This document shows positions 1 to 12,980 of a DNA stretch of 64,000 bases, in pieces (position 1 is the first letter of the stretch; the number at the start of each line of letters is the position of its first letter). The notes below the pieces were generated by a model. That model searched no databases and had not been told where the DNA came from. It saw nothing but the letters and a program-made list of their open reading frames with translations. Both the position numbers and the translations under genes were made by a program. The stretch comes from Octopus sinensis. Taxonomy: Eukaryota. Where the stretch lies: assembly GCF_006345805.1 (NCBI RefSeq), contig NC_043015.1, forward strand, positions 8,866,001-8,930,000, in the 5' to 3' direction.

Positions 1-379
1 TATATATATATATATATATATATAAGATTGTTATTCTGTATTCGTAGCTGTAGGATGGTATACACTTTCTGTATTACCTTAGAATCCATTAAGGTACTCT
101 TTGGCAAAATGTTGCTATCTTGGTATTATGTAGTATGCATATAGAATGTTGCCTTGTTACTCGCGTAATTCCCAAGTTACGCACGAACACCGAATCTGAG
201 AATGCACTACACCCCTTCTGCTTTGTCTTTAGATTTTTGGTCGATAGTGGAGTGCACGAAACTTCTCAGTATCAAAGGGCATCTTATTTCCGTTTGAGAA
301 TTGCATTTAGGTTGCTTTACTGTTATGTGTGCTATCATGGTCATTTATTGTATATGGTAATTCTGTAACATCAGAACTG

Positions 380-830
380 ATGTTGCGGCCGACTGTATGA
401 ATGAAGTCATGTCTGAAAGAGACACTACGAGCACTAGACGTCATAGTACAATTCTTAGAAGGATTCCACTGAGAATTGATGTCTCCCCATAGGGATAAAT
501 TCCACCCTTTATCACATCACGTAACCACTCTCCTAGATTTCCAGTGATACGAAGGTCACATAGGTTTTGACTTATCATCCGGCGTTCAACATCGTCAAAG
601 GCTATGTAGAAGTTGATATACATCGGATCTTCATTTGAGTGATTGAGAAGCTGATCCACTAGCAATTCATAATGCTGTAGTCATGTTGTGCCTGTGAGCA
701 AGTTATTTTTTTCCACAAATGTGATCAGCCTCCTGACAACATATTCGCTGAACTTCCTAATATGCGAACTCAGATAAATAGGCTTGTAATTTACAGTGTC
801 TTCACCGCTTCACCCGTTATGGAGGGGCCT
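380..830 (-). pseudogene. Highly decayed non-LTR reverse-transcriptase remnant (CR1/Jockey-like)
   Basis: Manual minus-strand translation from ~791 gives NYKPIYLSSHIRKFSEYVVRRLITFVEK (cf. NYRPISLTS..K..E). ORF 441..665 gives MYINFYIAFDDV...ITGNLGEWL...SGILLRIVL (cf. IYLDF.KAFD.V...GI.G....W...SGVPQG.VL). Motifs are in the correct order but broken by frameshifts. Clade is inference. Confidence 0.7.
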
Positions 831-1223
831 ATTATGTCTTATATATATTTCATTATTTTGACACCCGCAGTGGATTGGCGAGGGCGTCCATCCACGTCAT
901 TAAATGAACTGACGGAAATCTATTTTGGTCACTTTGTGAGTTCAAGTTAATTTCATTTATGTCGAGCTAATGAATGGTTGCTACTTTCCCATATAGATCT
1001 GCAGTGCTGAAAAACTCACCAACTATACTTATTTACATATATCGCAGTGGGGAGTTGAGCAAAATTTAGATTTATTTAATCGTCACTTCACTTAACTTCC
1101 TGGAGTGTGCTGTGACTGAACACCGTTCTTCAAATCATGTCTCTATCTCTCTCTTTCTGTCCCTCTCTCTTTATCTATCAACCTATTTATTTACCTATCT
1201 ATATAACTACACCTCTCTCACTT

Positions 1224-1245
1224 TCTCTCTCTCTCTCTCTCTCTC

Positions 1246-1338
<93 letters not shown>
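1224..1338. repeat. Compound microsatellite (CT)n-(TA)n-(TG)n
   Basis: Directly visible. Confidence 0.95.
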
Positions 1339-1340
<2 letters not shown>

Positions 1341-2519
1341 AGAAATTGTTCAATATCAGATGATAAGATTATATGTCACTGTCGATGAGACATTTTGTTT
1401 AATATTGTTTTTTCTCTTATTTTCGTATTCATAACATATACGTCTAGAAATTATCTGCTATTGCTTTTGCAAGAATTCCCAATAATGTGTTATCGTTTTC
1501 TTCCACTTCCACAATCTCATACATTGCTATGTTAAAGTACATTCATAATTCTTCGACGCAATATTATACGTACAGAAGATATGTGATATTATAGATACTT
1601 CGTTGAAGAATTGTGGCTGCGAAAACCGTGTGTATACTTTAATATGTAAATGCCATTCTAAACAGAAACGAACCATACTATTCCATTAATAATTATACTC
1701 TACTCAATCTACTTTAATGTATGTCTACATCTGCTGGGTGACAGCGAAGCTTTTACCATCAAGTGAAACTTGTTAATTAAATTTGTATAAGACAGACTAA
1801 TTTTTTAAGTAATGCATTCATCTTTCACTAATGCAATTGCTCATTAAATATAAGCAATTACATATATCTAACGATATATTAATAATGACATTTTTGTAAA
1901 GTTGGTGACCATAATTATTACTTAAAATTATGGATTAGCGACAACACAAACCAGTTATGCATCTGCGATTACTAATTTGATATGCAAGCCAAATTCCCGT
2001 TCCATTTGAGGATAATGTTTCGCTGTGACAGTTACATCAAACGTTAGATGTTTGTCTGAATGCAACATACTTATTTACATGATGTTACTCTACAGGTGAA
2101 ACATTCTGTGATAATAAAAATGAAGGTATGTAAGCACTTACGTATCAAGCGTTTCCTACTCGATGTCAAGCTAAGCAAAAAGGTTCTCTTACAGACTCGT
2201 TTTTTGGCTTAAACGTATCGTCGTTTATCTTCAAATCCTCATCGAAGTATTTCTAGGTCGAATATATCCATGGCTATAGCTTGGTCCCTCTATTACCAGT
2301 AATATGCATCTCAGTATACACGTTAGCTTGGCTATCTGAAGGTACAGGGTATTGTAACTATAATTTTACCAGCTATTTCTAACGTTTTTAATTCGATGCC
2401 CATTTGTTACGTGAAGGAGTTGTGTTTAGATATTTGATGTTTTGGGTAGATATTTTCTTTGATTAGTTTTGTCTATAAAAACAGTGTTCACGTATGAGAT
2501 GATAACTTTCACAACATTC

Positions 2520-2591
2520 ATAAATATGTATGTATATCTGTGATGTATATATATATATAAATAAATATATATATATAAATAAATAAATAAA

Positions 2592-2625
<34 letters not shown>

Positions 2626-2716
2626 CCTATATATATATGTATATATATATATATATATATGTATGTATACATATATATATATACATATATATCTGTATAT
2701 ATACATGTATATATAT

Positions 2717-2759
<43 letters not shown>

Positions 2760-2788
2760 ATATGTATGCATGTATATATGTGTGTTTG

Positions 2789-2842
<54 letters not shown>

Positions 2843-2924
2843 TGTAACTATGTTTCTATACATCTCTCTCTTTCGCATTATTTATCTATCTATCTAAATA
2901 TATGTATATATGTATACATATACA

Positions 2925-2984
<60 letters not shown>

Positions 2985-2988
2985 ATAA
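2520..2988. repeat. Interrupted (TA)n/(TATG)n microsatellite
   Basis: Directly visible; explains the YIYI-type ORFs here. Confidence 0.95.
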
Positions 2989-3636
2989 GTCGGTAAGGAA
3001 GAAAAAGTGTTGGCTTAGCACATTCAACTGGAATTACTGGAATTATACGTGCATAGATTATATCTGTCATTGTTTACCGAATCACTGAATCGTTTATTTG
3101 TATCCGTTCAGATGTTTGCCAGAACCGGTTGAACAGAAACACGATAAAAGACATTCCTGGTGTGGGCCATATAAATACGGTCTCAGATTATGCTTGTAGA
3201 TCATTGTACAATCTGAAATGTGTGAGGCGTATTATAATCTATCAGAGATAACGTCCAAATAGAATTACTCAGCTAGGAATTGTAGATATGTACAGCTGGC
3301 TATAAAAATCCATATTTAGATGCAGAGATGTATATATCATCTTATGCATTTATATATATATATATATCGTAACTGATCTGGTGACAGTGATATAATAATC
3401 TGTAAAACTAAGGGGAATTCTATTTTTCATGATTTCTGTCTTATTCGCATTCGCATACTTACAAGCGTACGTGTGCTTGCGCGTGAGTGAAAAAGTGTGC
3501 TTCTTTGTGCGCGTGTCACCGTGTGTACACGTGTGTATGTGTCTGTGTTTGTGCATGAGTCTACGGGCGTACGTGTGTATACATGTTTATATATGTATAT
3601 GTAGAAATTGATATATGCATATATTTGAGCATATAT

Positions 3637-3766
3637 CATATATATATATATATATATATATATGGATATATAAATGTGTGTGTACGTATCTATCTATCTA
3701 TCTATATATATATAATATATATATATATATATGTGTGTGTGTGTAAATAAATGTGTGTGTATATAT

Positions 3767-3809
<43 letters not shown>

Positions 3810-3825
3810 TATATATAATATATAT

Positions 3826-3880
<55 letters not shown>

Positions 3881-3939
3881 AAATAAATGTGTGTGTATAT
3901 ATATATATATTATATATATATATTATATATATATATTAT

Positions 3940-3981
<42 letters not shown>

Positions 3982-3990
3982 ATATATATA
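3637..3990. repeat. Interrupted (TA)n tract with a duplicated module gtgtgtgtgtaaataaatgtgtgtgt
   Basis: The module occurs at ~3735 and ~3871. Confidence 0.9.
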
Positions 3991-4627
3991 ATGCAACACG
4001 TTAAGGTGAAAGACCGAATGGACGCTGTGAGTAATATTCCTGTGACGCAAGTGAAATAATCTTAATATTGATGGCGATTGTAAAAATAATTCTGCTCACG
4101 ATAAAACAAAAAAAACCTTCACAAAAAAGAATAAAATAAATTATATGGCATGTGATATATCGTAATTGCATGTCACAAAATGATAAAAAAAAAAAATAAT
4201 CAGAAGGCAAGATATCTTTCATAACAGAATGATCCTATCTGACAGCATAGAACTTGAAAGAAATCAGATGTAAAAAGTGGACGTCATATTGTCTCAAAGC
4301 AAAGATGATGAGAGCAGAAGAAACGGAAAATGTCATGCAAGAAAAAGATGAAATATGGCCATTTTTAGTTTTCTTTTAATTATCTTCAAGTACGGAAGCA
4401 CCAGGGAGATCAATACGGTCAGAAACACAAATGCACACCATACATGCACACTAACAAACGTGAACTTATGCACACACTCACATATTCAAAGACGCATAAA
4501 CACTCATACTTTCACATATGCGTGCCTATAAATAAATAAAAAAACATATATAATAAATTACACACAGACATTCTGACAACTAGGAATACACAACACACAA
4601 ACACACACACATATTCTCAAACACACG

Positions 4628-4668
<41 letters not shown>

Positions 4669-5012
4669 GTGCAGACTAGAGCAGGGAAATAATGAAAACC
4701 TGCAGTATCATGGATTTGAATAATTAATTTAGGACGGGCGTACAGAAGGTAGTATTTTAAAATTTCTTAATTTATTTCAATACATCCCTGTCTATAATTG
4801 TTTTTTACTCCTGGCATGGATATGATAAGTATGGGTAAATTAAATGAATTCTAGTATAAATCGGGTATTTGAAATCTAAGACACAAGAAACTTAACCAGT
4901 AAAAAGAGAAAACTGTTTATCGGAAATTCGTATTGTATATGAAAACCAGTTTGAAACTGTACACTATATTGTCAAACATTTGTTGTGGGAATGTAGAACT
5001 GGGCAATATATA

Positions 5013-5162
5013 TTTCTTTACTACCCACAAAGGGCTAAACATAGAGGGGAAAAACAAGGACGGAAAAAGTGACTAAGTCCATTAGATCGACCCCAGTGCG
5101 AAACTGGCACTTTATTTATCGACCCCGAAAGGATGAAAGGCAAATTTGAACTGAGAACGTAA
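5013..5162 (-). mobile_element. SINE family A, 5'-truncated copy
   Basis: Reverse complement matches the 3' two thirds of the copies at 11526, 55788 and 62628 (tttgcctttcatcctttcggggtcgat...gtgggtagtaaagaaa), with a short internal deletion. Confidence 0.85.
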
Positions 5163-6182
5163 GGACAAAGTTATGCAATGTCTTCTGTAAAACCGTTATG
5201 AACCGTTATATGAACTGGGCAATATATACAGCCGATGGTTTTGGGGCCACTTAGTTTAATGTTGTAAAGCGCTTAATCTGAGTTCAAAAACTACGATTTT
5301 CCATACTGTGTAACGGCTTACAGGTTCCTTTTTATGCATGTGCATGGCTTACTCTCTCTCCTAAATATTTGACCTGTTCTATACATTTCTTTTCATTCTT
5401 GAATGTTTGACATCTAAAACTGCTTCTCACTTCTGTTCTTTCGGTTCCGTTTAAATGTAAATATTTGTGTGCAACAATATATTTACCGTTGACATAGCAA
5501 AACTACTCCAGATTAATGTTCACAAGAAGGTTGTCCTCACTTAGCATGTCCGTTCTACCTCACTCTTTTTCTTTATTCTTCGCAAATCTAGACAATTTCC
5601 CGATCCCATTACTCTTTCTTCGTATATATGTTTTTCTATTTCGTTTTTTCTTTCACTCCGAGCTTCACCACCTCATTTCAAATTATACCTTCGGCGAGTT
5701 GCCTTGAGATTCCTTAATGACAGCGCAATCTTCATTTCACTAAGATATCTTCCGCCTGGTCCTATATCAAAAATGGAGCTGAAAGTTATTTAGCTTGTCA
5801 TCCGCGTAACAACTGCAGAAAATTATTTCAACTAGTATGTCACAACTATTTGGGAGAGCGTTGTCTATGTTTGAGCAATATCATTCCATGAAGTTTTCCT
5901 AGAGAACTGAGACTTACTGGGTCATTTACTGACATAGCAATGTCAATAGTTTGCAATTTGTTTTTCTCACACTGCTTTATTTCATATTTGTAAATCTACT
6001 ATCTAGTATGTTAATTTTAGTGGCTTATGAATATATACAACGAGTTTATTTTTTCTTTCGTATGAGTCAAGCAAGAAATGGAAAGAAATAGAAGGAAGTA
6101 GAAAAATAACATGAAGATGATGATGATGATGATAGTTTTCATGTTGTTGAGTCGGCATGTCACCCTGTATAGTATTAGAGAA

Positions 6183-6549
6183 GCGCTCCGTCGGTTACGA
6201 CGATGAGGGTTCCGGTTGATCCGATCAACGGAACAGCCTGCTCGTGAAATTAACGTGTAAGTGGTTGAGCACTCCACAGGCACGTGTACCCTTAACGTAG
6301 TTCTCGGGGATATTCAGCGTGACAAAGAGAGTGACAAGGCCGGCCCTTTGAAATACAGGTACAACAGAAACAGGAAGAAAGAGTGAGAAAAATTTGTGGC
6401 GAAAGAGTACAGCAGAGATCACCACCATCCCTGCCGGAGCTTTAGGTGTTTTCGCTCAATAAACACTCACAACGCTCGGTCTGGGAATCGAAACCGCGAT
6501 CCTGCGACCGCGAGTCCGCTGCCCTAACCACTGGGCCATTGCGCCTCCC
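6183..6549 (-). mobile_element. SINE family B, full length, tRNA-derived head
   Basis: Minus strand begins gggaggcgcaatggcccagtggttagggcagcggactc...ggtttcgattccc (A-box-like TGGCCCAGTGG, B-box-like GGTTTCGATTCCC). Head and middle module are shared with 16430-16710. Confidence 0.85.
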
Positions 6550-7198
6550 GCTGTATAGTATAACTACTTACTCATTCATGTTTGTATGTATATTCAGATT
6601 TGGCCACCGGAGATGATGCGCATAAAATGTCTCATTTCGTTGCATGTTCTGCAATTCGTGTTAGAGATTGTTTCCATTATATTGCACATTGGTTGCACAT
6701 TCTGCAATTCGTGTTACGGACTGTTTCTATTATATTGCTTTTAATTTTTATGTATAAAAAATTTTTCAATAATAATATCTTTTTTATTTAGGTTTACAAC
6801 CGTTCTGTCACATCATTGACCATGATGTAATTTTTCTCATTAACTACTTACTATGTTTTGCAGATCTGTTTTATGCTAGTTTTTAAAAATATACTTTCTC
6901 TCAAAATTTCTGCTGCATTAATAGTTTCAGTGTAATTCGTCTCCGTTTCATTTTGCTTCCTCTTGTGTTTTGATAGTCTTTCTCTTTTACCCGTTGCTTT
7001 ATGACATGTAATAGTCGTTCAGTTTTGGTTTCTAGATATTTTTCATCCGTTCCACAGTTGTTATTTTATATTGTTTCTTTATCTATGTCAGACCTCAACT
7101 CCGTCCGAGCAGGGTTCATATTTTCTGTCTGCGTCTTCTCTATAGTAGTGATTTTCTTCGGCATGATCTTAATAGTTTCCTAGTTTCCTTATTCCCTA

Positions 7199-7500
7199 TC
7201 TTCTTCTTCTTCTTTTTTTATCTTCTTCTTCTTCTTCTTCTTCTTCTTCTTCTTCTTCTTCTTCTTCTTCTTCTTCTTCTTCTTCTTCTTCTTCTTCTTC
7301 TTCCTCTCATCCTCCGCTCCTATTGCTCTTATATCCTCCATTCCGCCTCCATCTTCATGTTACTACTACTACTACTACTACTACTACAACTGCTTCTGCT
7401 TCTGCTGCTATTACTACTACCAATACTACAGTTGCTGTTTCTACTACTACTACTACTACTACTACTACTGATAATAATAATAATAATAATAATAATAATA
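7199..7500. repeat. Compound trinucleotide tract (CTT)n...(ACT)n-(AAT)n, 5' flank of the R4/Dong element
   Basis: Directly visible. Confidence 0.95.
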
Positions 7501-10500
7501 GTAAACATACCTCCCAAGAATAAAAATAAACGCAATAACAACACCAATTATAAACAACATAAACCTAGCCGTCACTGAACTAGCCACTGAAACAAAAAAA
7601 AGTGATATCACTGAACTAAATGACTTGATATACGCAGCAGCCACTGCAGCCACAAAAGAAGCTGGATACTCACCCAAACCCGCCCAAACAGGAGTACCAC
7701 CACCCAAAGAAACCCTGTGGATAAATAACATCCAAAAGAAAATTTAAAAAATTAGAAAAGACCTGTCGATTCTTAATGAAATCAGCAAACAAGCAACGCT
7801 ACTGAGCAACAAAAAGAGAACAAAAATGCTCCGCAAATATAACATCACAGAAAAAGATTTGCCGGAGATAAAAGAAAAGCTGAAGCAAGATATCCTTGCC
7901 AAAGCTCAAAGGATCCGCCGGTACGAGAAACGCCAACGCTTCTTTGAACAGAACAAAAAAGTTCAACTCCAACCCCAGAAAGTTCTACCAAGAACTGGGA
8001 AAAAATGAAATAGAAGTCACTGCAGCACCAACGGCAGAAGAATTGGAAGAATTCTGGAGAGAAATATGGTCGGCGAACGAACAGCCAAAACAAAGGAGTA
8101 CCAAAATAACAAACTCGGCATCTGAACAACTTTGGACCCCCATAACAACTGAAGAGGTCACCCAGGCACTGCAAAAACTAAGCAACTGGAAGGCACCTGG
8201 GCATGACAAGATCCCCAACTTCTGGTTGAAATATCTAACAGGAATGCACAAAAAGCTGGCTGAAAACTTTAACAGCATACTAGCAGAGCCAGAGACAATG
8301 CCTGAATGGCTCACGAAGGGGAAAACCATCTTAATTCCCAATCAAATGAAACAACAAAACCAGAAAACTACAGACCAATAACCTGCCTCTCTACTATGTT
8401 CAAGGCATTTACTGCAGTGATATCGCAAAGGCTGAACAAGCACCTGGACGAAAACAAACTGTTCCCAGAAGAGCAGAAAGGATGCCGCAAAGGCTCATAT
8501 GGCTGTAAAGATCAACTAATGATTAATAAAGCCGTAACTGAAGACAGCCACAGAAAGAAGAAAGGCCTCAGTATGGCCTGGATTGACTACAAAAAGGGGT
8601 TTGATAGCATCCCCCACACATGGATCCTCGAAACATTAGCCATTAACAAAGTAGCACCAACAATCATAAAATTCATAGAGCAATCTATGAATAAATGGCA
8701 AACAGTCCAACACCTCCAAACAAAAGAGGGACTCATGAAAACCAAAGACATCCCCATTAGAAGAGGAATATTCCAGGGAGACACGCTCTCTCCACTCCTT
8801 TTCTGCTTGGCACTGTCACCTCTATCTGATATGCTAAATAGAACTGGATGCGGATATAAATGTTACGGCAAAACGATCAGCCACCTTTTATATATGGATG
8901 ACCTAAAACTATACGCTGCAAATGACAAACAGCTGGAAACACTATTAAAGACAGTTCATGAATTTACCAAAGAAATAGATATGAAATTTGGATTAGAAAA
9001 ATGCGCCAAAGTAACCATGAAAAGAGGAAAACTAGTTAAGAGTAACAACATCACACTAGATAGAACCAATGAAATAAAAGAATTAGACCAAAGCCAAACT
9101 TACAAATACTTAGGAATCCATGAACTAGTTAAGACACAACACACACAAATGAAAGAGAAAATAAAAAAAGAATATTATAGACGAGTTAGATCAATACTAA
9201 AAACAGAGCTCAATGCTAAAAACAAGATAATAGGTATCAACACTTTAGCTGTCCCAGTTATAAGTTACAGCTACAATATCCTTAACTGGACACGAAATGA
9301 ACTGTCCAAAATAGATAGGAAAACAAGATAAATACTGACAGGATCTATGATGCATCACCCAAAATCTGACATAGAAATACTATATATACAACGTATAGAA
9401 GGTTGTAGAGGCCTCATACAGCTGGAAAACTACTATGAAATAACCACCATAGGACTGCAAAAATACCTACTTCAGAAGGAAGGAAAACTGATCCAGATAG
9501 CAGCAAAACACGAGCAAAACAAAAAACTGTTCTCAGTATTTAAGGAAGCTGACAAATACAAACAAGAAATCATACCACCTAATAAACACGAAGAAGAAGA
9601 AGAAGATGATGAAGAAACAACAAAAGTTATAAAACAAATGAAATCCAAACTAAAAATAGAACAGCAACGAGCCATGATAAAACGATGGCAAGAAAAGCCC
9701 CTTCATGGTAAATACTGGACTAAACTAAACGCAAAAGAAATAGACAAAGAAAAATCCCAGCAATGGTTGAGAAGCTCAGGACTCAAAGCAGAAACAGAGG
9801 GATTTTTAATTGCAGCACAAGACCAAAGCCTCCCCACCAGAAATTACCAAAAACATGTAATGAAAAGAAATATTACAAGTAACTTCAGAATATGTGGAGA
9901 TGGACAAGAAACAATAAATCATATTATCTCTAGCTGCCCAGTCCTGGCTAAGAAGGAATATATTCACAGACATGACAGAGTTGGAACCTACATACATTGG
10001 AAGCTATGCCAACATTATGGAATAACAACAGAAAAAAGATGGTATAGGAACACACCAGAAAAGGTCACAGAAAACGAGAAAGTAACCATACTCTGGGATA
10101 TGCCGATACACACTGATAGAGAAATTAAGGCCAACAGACCAGATACAGTTGTCAGAGATCATGAAGAAAAAATGCTTTCTAATTGATGTATCAATACCGG
10201 CAGATGACAACGTGTCTCTAAAAGAAATGGAGAAACTCTCAAAATACAAAGACCTGGAAATAGAGGTAACTAGAATGTGGAACCTGAAAACAGAAACAAT
10301 TCCTATCATAGTAGGTGCATTAGGCATGATAAAAAAATATTCAGACAAATACATAACAAAAACACCAGGACTTACAAACACATATAACATACAGAAAATT
10401 GCACTACTAGGCACTGCACACATCCTACGCAGAACACTTTCCATACAATAACCATCAGAGCATCACAACAAATCACAGCACATACCCAAGGCACACAGAG

Positions 10501-10548
10501 CTGCGCTCGGTAGTGAAGTGAAAGCACGCTATAAAAATAAAACTAGTG
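7501..10548 (+). mobile_element. R4/Dong-clade non-LTR retrotransposon, family 1, 5'-truncated but carrying most of the single ORF
   Basis: N-terminal ITELNDLIYAAA and LAKAQRIRRYEKR; RT motifs NYRPITCL, IDYKKGFDSIPH, GIFQGDTLSPLLF, YMDDLKLY, YKYLGI; decayed CCHC (FRIC...HIISSC); RHD; restriction-like endonuclease ANRPD...LIDVSIP...EKLSKY; ~97-nt 3' UTR; (TAA)n on both sides. Confidence 0.92.
7510..10451 (+). pseudogene. Disrupted RT-endonuclease ORF of R4/Dong family 1
   Basis: Rebuilt from ORFs 7826..8008, 7896..8381, 8306..9331, 9347..10186 and 10149..10451. In-frame TAA at 7745 and 9329; frameshifts near 7965, 8340 and 10170; first zinc-finger Cys replaced by Phe. Confidence 0.88.
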
Positions 10549-10584
10549 AATAATAATAATAATATAATAATAATAATAATAATA

Positions 10585-10673
<89 letters not shown>

Positions 10674-10850
10674 GGATAATAATAATAATAATACTGCTGC
10701 TGCTACTACTACTACCAACGTTTCTGCTGCTGCTACCCTTCCCCCTCCTACGACAACAACTACTACTACTACTACTCTCTCTTACCACTACCACCATTAC
10801 TACTAAAACTACTGCTGCTGCTGCAACTACTACGTCGACAACAACATCAA
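10549..10850. repeat. (AAT)n followed by (CTG)/(CTA)/(ACC) low-complexity tract
   Basis: Directly visible. Confidence 0.95.
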
Positions 10851-11525
10851 CGGCCATAACGGTTTCAACGTTAAGGGCAACAGTATAGCATATTTGTATG
10901 CAATTTCAGTAACAGGTGACAAATCAATGTCACTGACCAGAGTATATCACTGAAAATTTAAATAACAATCGAGAGAAGATGACAGGTACCCTTGTTTACA
11001 GAAGTTGCCACAGCTGAGAAGGAATTTGAAAGGGCAACGTACATATATTTCGCGGGTGGTAACATAACATGGACGAGTTTAAAATGTCCCCATTTATCAC
11101 AATGTATACGACGTGGTAGTCATATGGCAAGGATTAACTGTTCAAAATCTAGAAAAACGTTTCAATTGTCAACGGCTAATATATGTTATGTAACTTGGGA
11201 GTCATCATGAATTTCAAAGGGAATAGCGCTTTTAAAAATCTATATATACAATGTATACGATGTGATTGTTCAAGGACTGAACAATACTCTATCGATTAGA
11301 TTCCCACTGTTCTGCGTAAGTTTTATGGTTTATTATTTGGGATTGTTATCAAACACTTTACCACGCATTGTTGGTTTCTATAAACATGATGTTGCACATT
11401 TGGTCCATTCACCGGTTCGTTGTAACTTTTTATGTGATGGCCTAATGTGAGGTTTAAAAAGCCCCAGTCCTGGAAGGCCTCATACACCTATGTATCCTGT
11501 GTTATGAACAAATCTTGTAGTAGGT

Positions 11526-11756
11526 AAGGCGGCGAGATGGCAGAAACGTTAGCACACCGGGCGAAATGCTTAGCGGTATTTCGTCTGCGTTACGTCGTGA
11601 GTTCAAATTCCGCCGAGGTCGACTTTGCCTTTCATCCATTCGGTGTCGATAAATTAAGTACCAGTTACGCACTGGGGTCGATGTAATCGACTTAATACCT
11701 ATGTCTGTCCTTGTTTGTCCCCTCTGTGTTTAGCCCCTTGTGGGTAATAAAGAAAT
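11526..11756 (+). mobile_element. SINE family A, full length
   Basis: aaggcggcgagatggcagaaacgttagc...gagttcaaattcc (A/B-box-like)...aataaagaaat; near-identical to 62628-62868. Confidence 0.9.
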
Positions 11757-12980
11757 CTCAGTGGGATATTTATGCTCGAACCAGCAAGAGCTTATTGATA
11801 ATAGGTACGTTTTTTCTTTGTTTGTTTCTATTGTAACTTTTGCAGGCGCATGGAAAAGCCAGAAAAGTAACTCAATACACTACGAGAAATACAATACAAG
11901 CCTAGAGGATGTTCTTATACAAAATTTCACAGCAAATTGTTTCAAGCTACAACGATATTTATGGTGCCTTATCATTCACTAGTTAACGAACGGCTTATTT
12001 TAAATAAATTTATTTGTTTTAGAACAAATTATCTAATATTGAGGGATTGTCTGGTTTTCAGTCAATAGAAAATTGGTAACTCTGACACAGATGAATTTTC
12101 AATGTAATTTGGTTTCATTGTTTGAATGGTTTTATCATGATCTCCTTAAACTTTGCTAAAATGAAGCATTATAAAACTTTAATTTTATATGAAAGTATTC
12201 TATTTCTTTAGGTTTTAAATTTGTTTATATAATCCTCTTATCTTATTTGGTCCTTATATCCCTTTCTAAATGTTTAAAATTTAAAACTTTTATCTTAGAT
12301 TGTACAAAATAGAATAATATATAAAATTTGCTATACATTGATTATATGTTCACAGCTATACCCTTAGATAAATTTAGATCTCGTTATGACCTTCTTTCTT
12401 TTCGATTTCAACTGATAATAAAATAGTTTATATCACCCATACTCTCACCCTGTCTGGGAATTTACCATTATCTTACGGACTCTTTCTGAGATATATTTCT
12501 TTATGTGGTCACAAGGAATCTATAGCTATAGTAAATTAGGGTTTGGGGGCTATCTGACATTAATTGATTTACTATCTGCAGCTAGAACTTAACTGTCAGT
12601 TCCAAGTGGTGCTAATTCTTTAGATCTTTTGATGGTGATTAGGAGATAGAGAAAAAATATTGTAGTATATGTCCATCTCATGATTGTTATGTTCGTCTCC
12701 ACTCCAAATTATGGTTGGGGATTTTTTCTCGCTTAGTTCATTCAGCTAGTTGCATACATTTTTTTCATTCTATACTTCGTATGAAATATTTGTAAAAAAT
12801 TACAATGGCGCATCCTGTATATTGAAAAGCTATATTATGCATCCGAAGATGATGATTTATTGCAAAATGAGGAAATCATTGCATTGTTCGATTAAATAGA
12901 GCCGCCTGAAACGGCTGCAATGCAATAATATCTCGATATCCCTCATACTTATTCGCTTGTTTGTGTGGAGTCTCTCACAA

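Noticed and set aside
1112-3088. YIYI/CVCV and poly-N/T/L ORFs here and at 7323-7578, 10473-10857, 54174-54604 and 57819-58317
   Set aside because: They are translations of di- and trinucleotide microsatellites.
6475-6549. tRNA genes at this and the other SINE heads (11526, 16640-16710, 55788, 60820-60893, 62628)
   Set aside because: A- and B-box-like motifs are present, but each continues into a SINE body and I cannot fold a complete cloverleaf.
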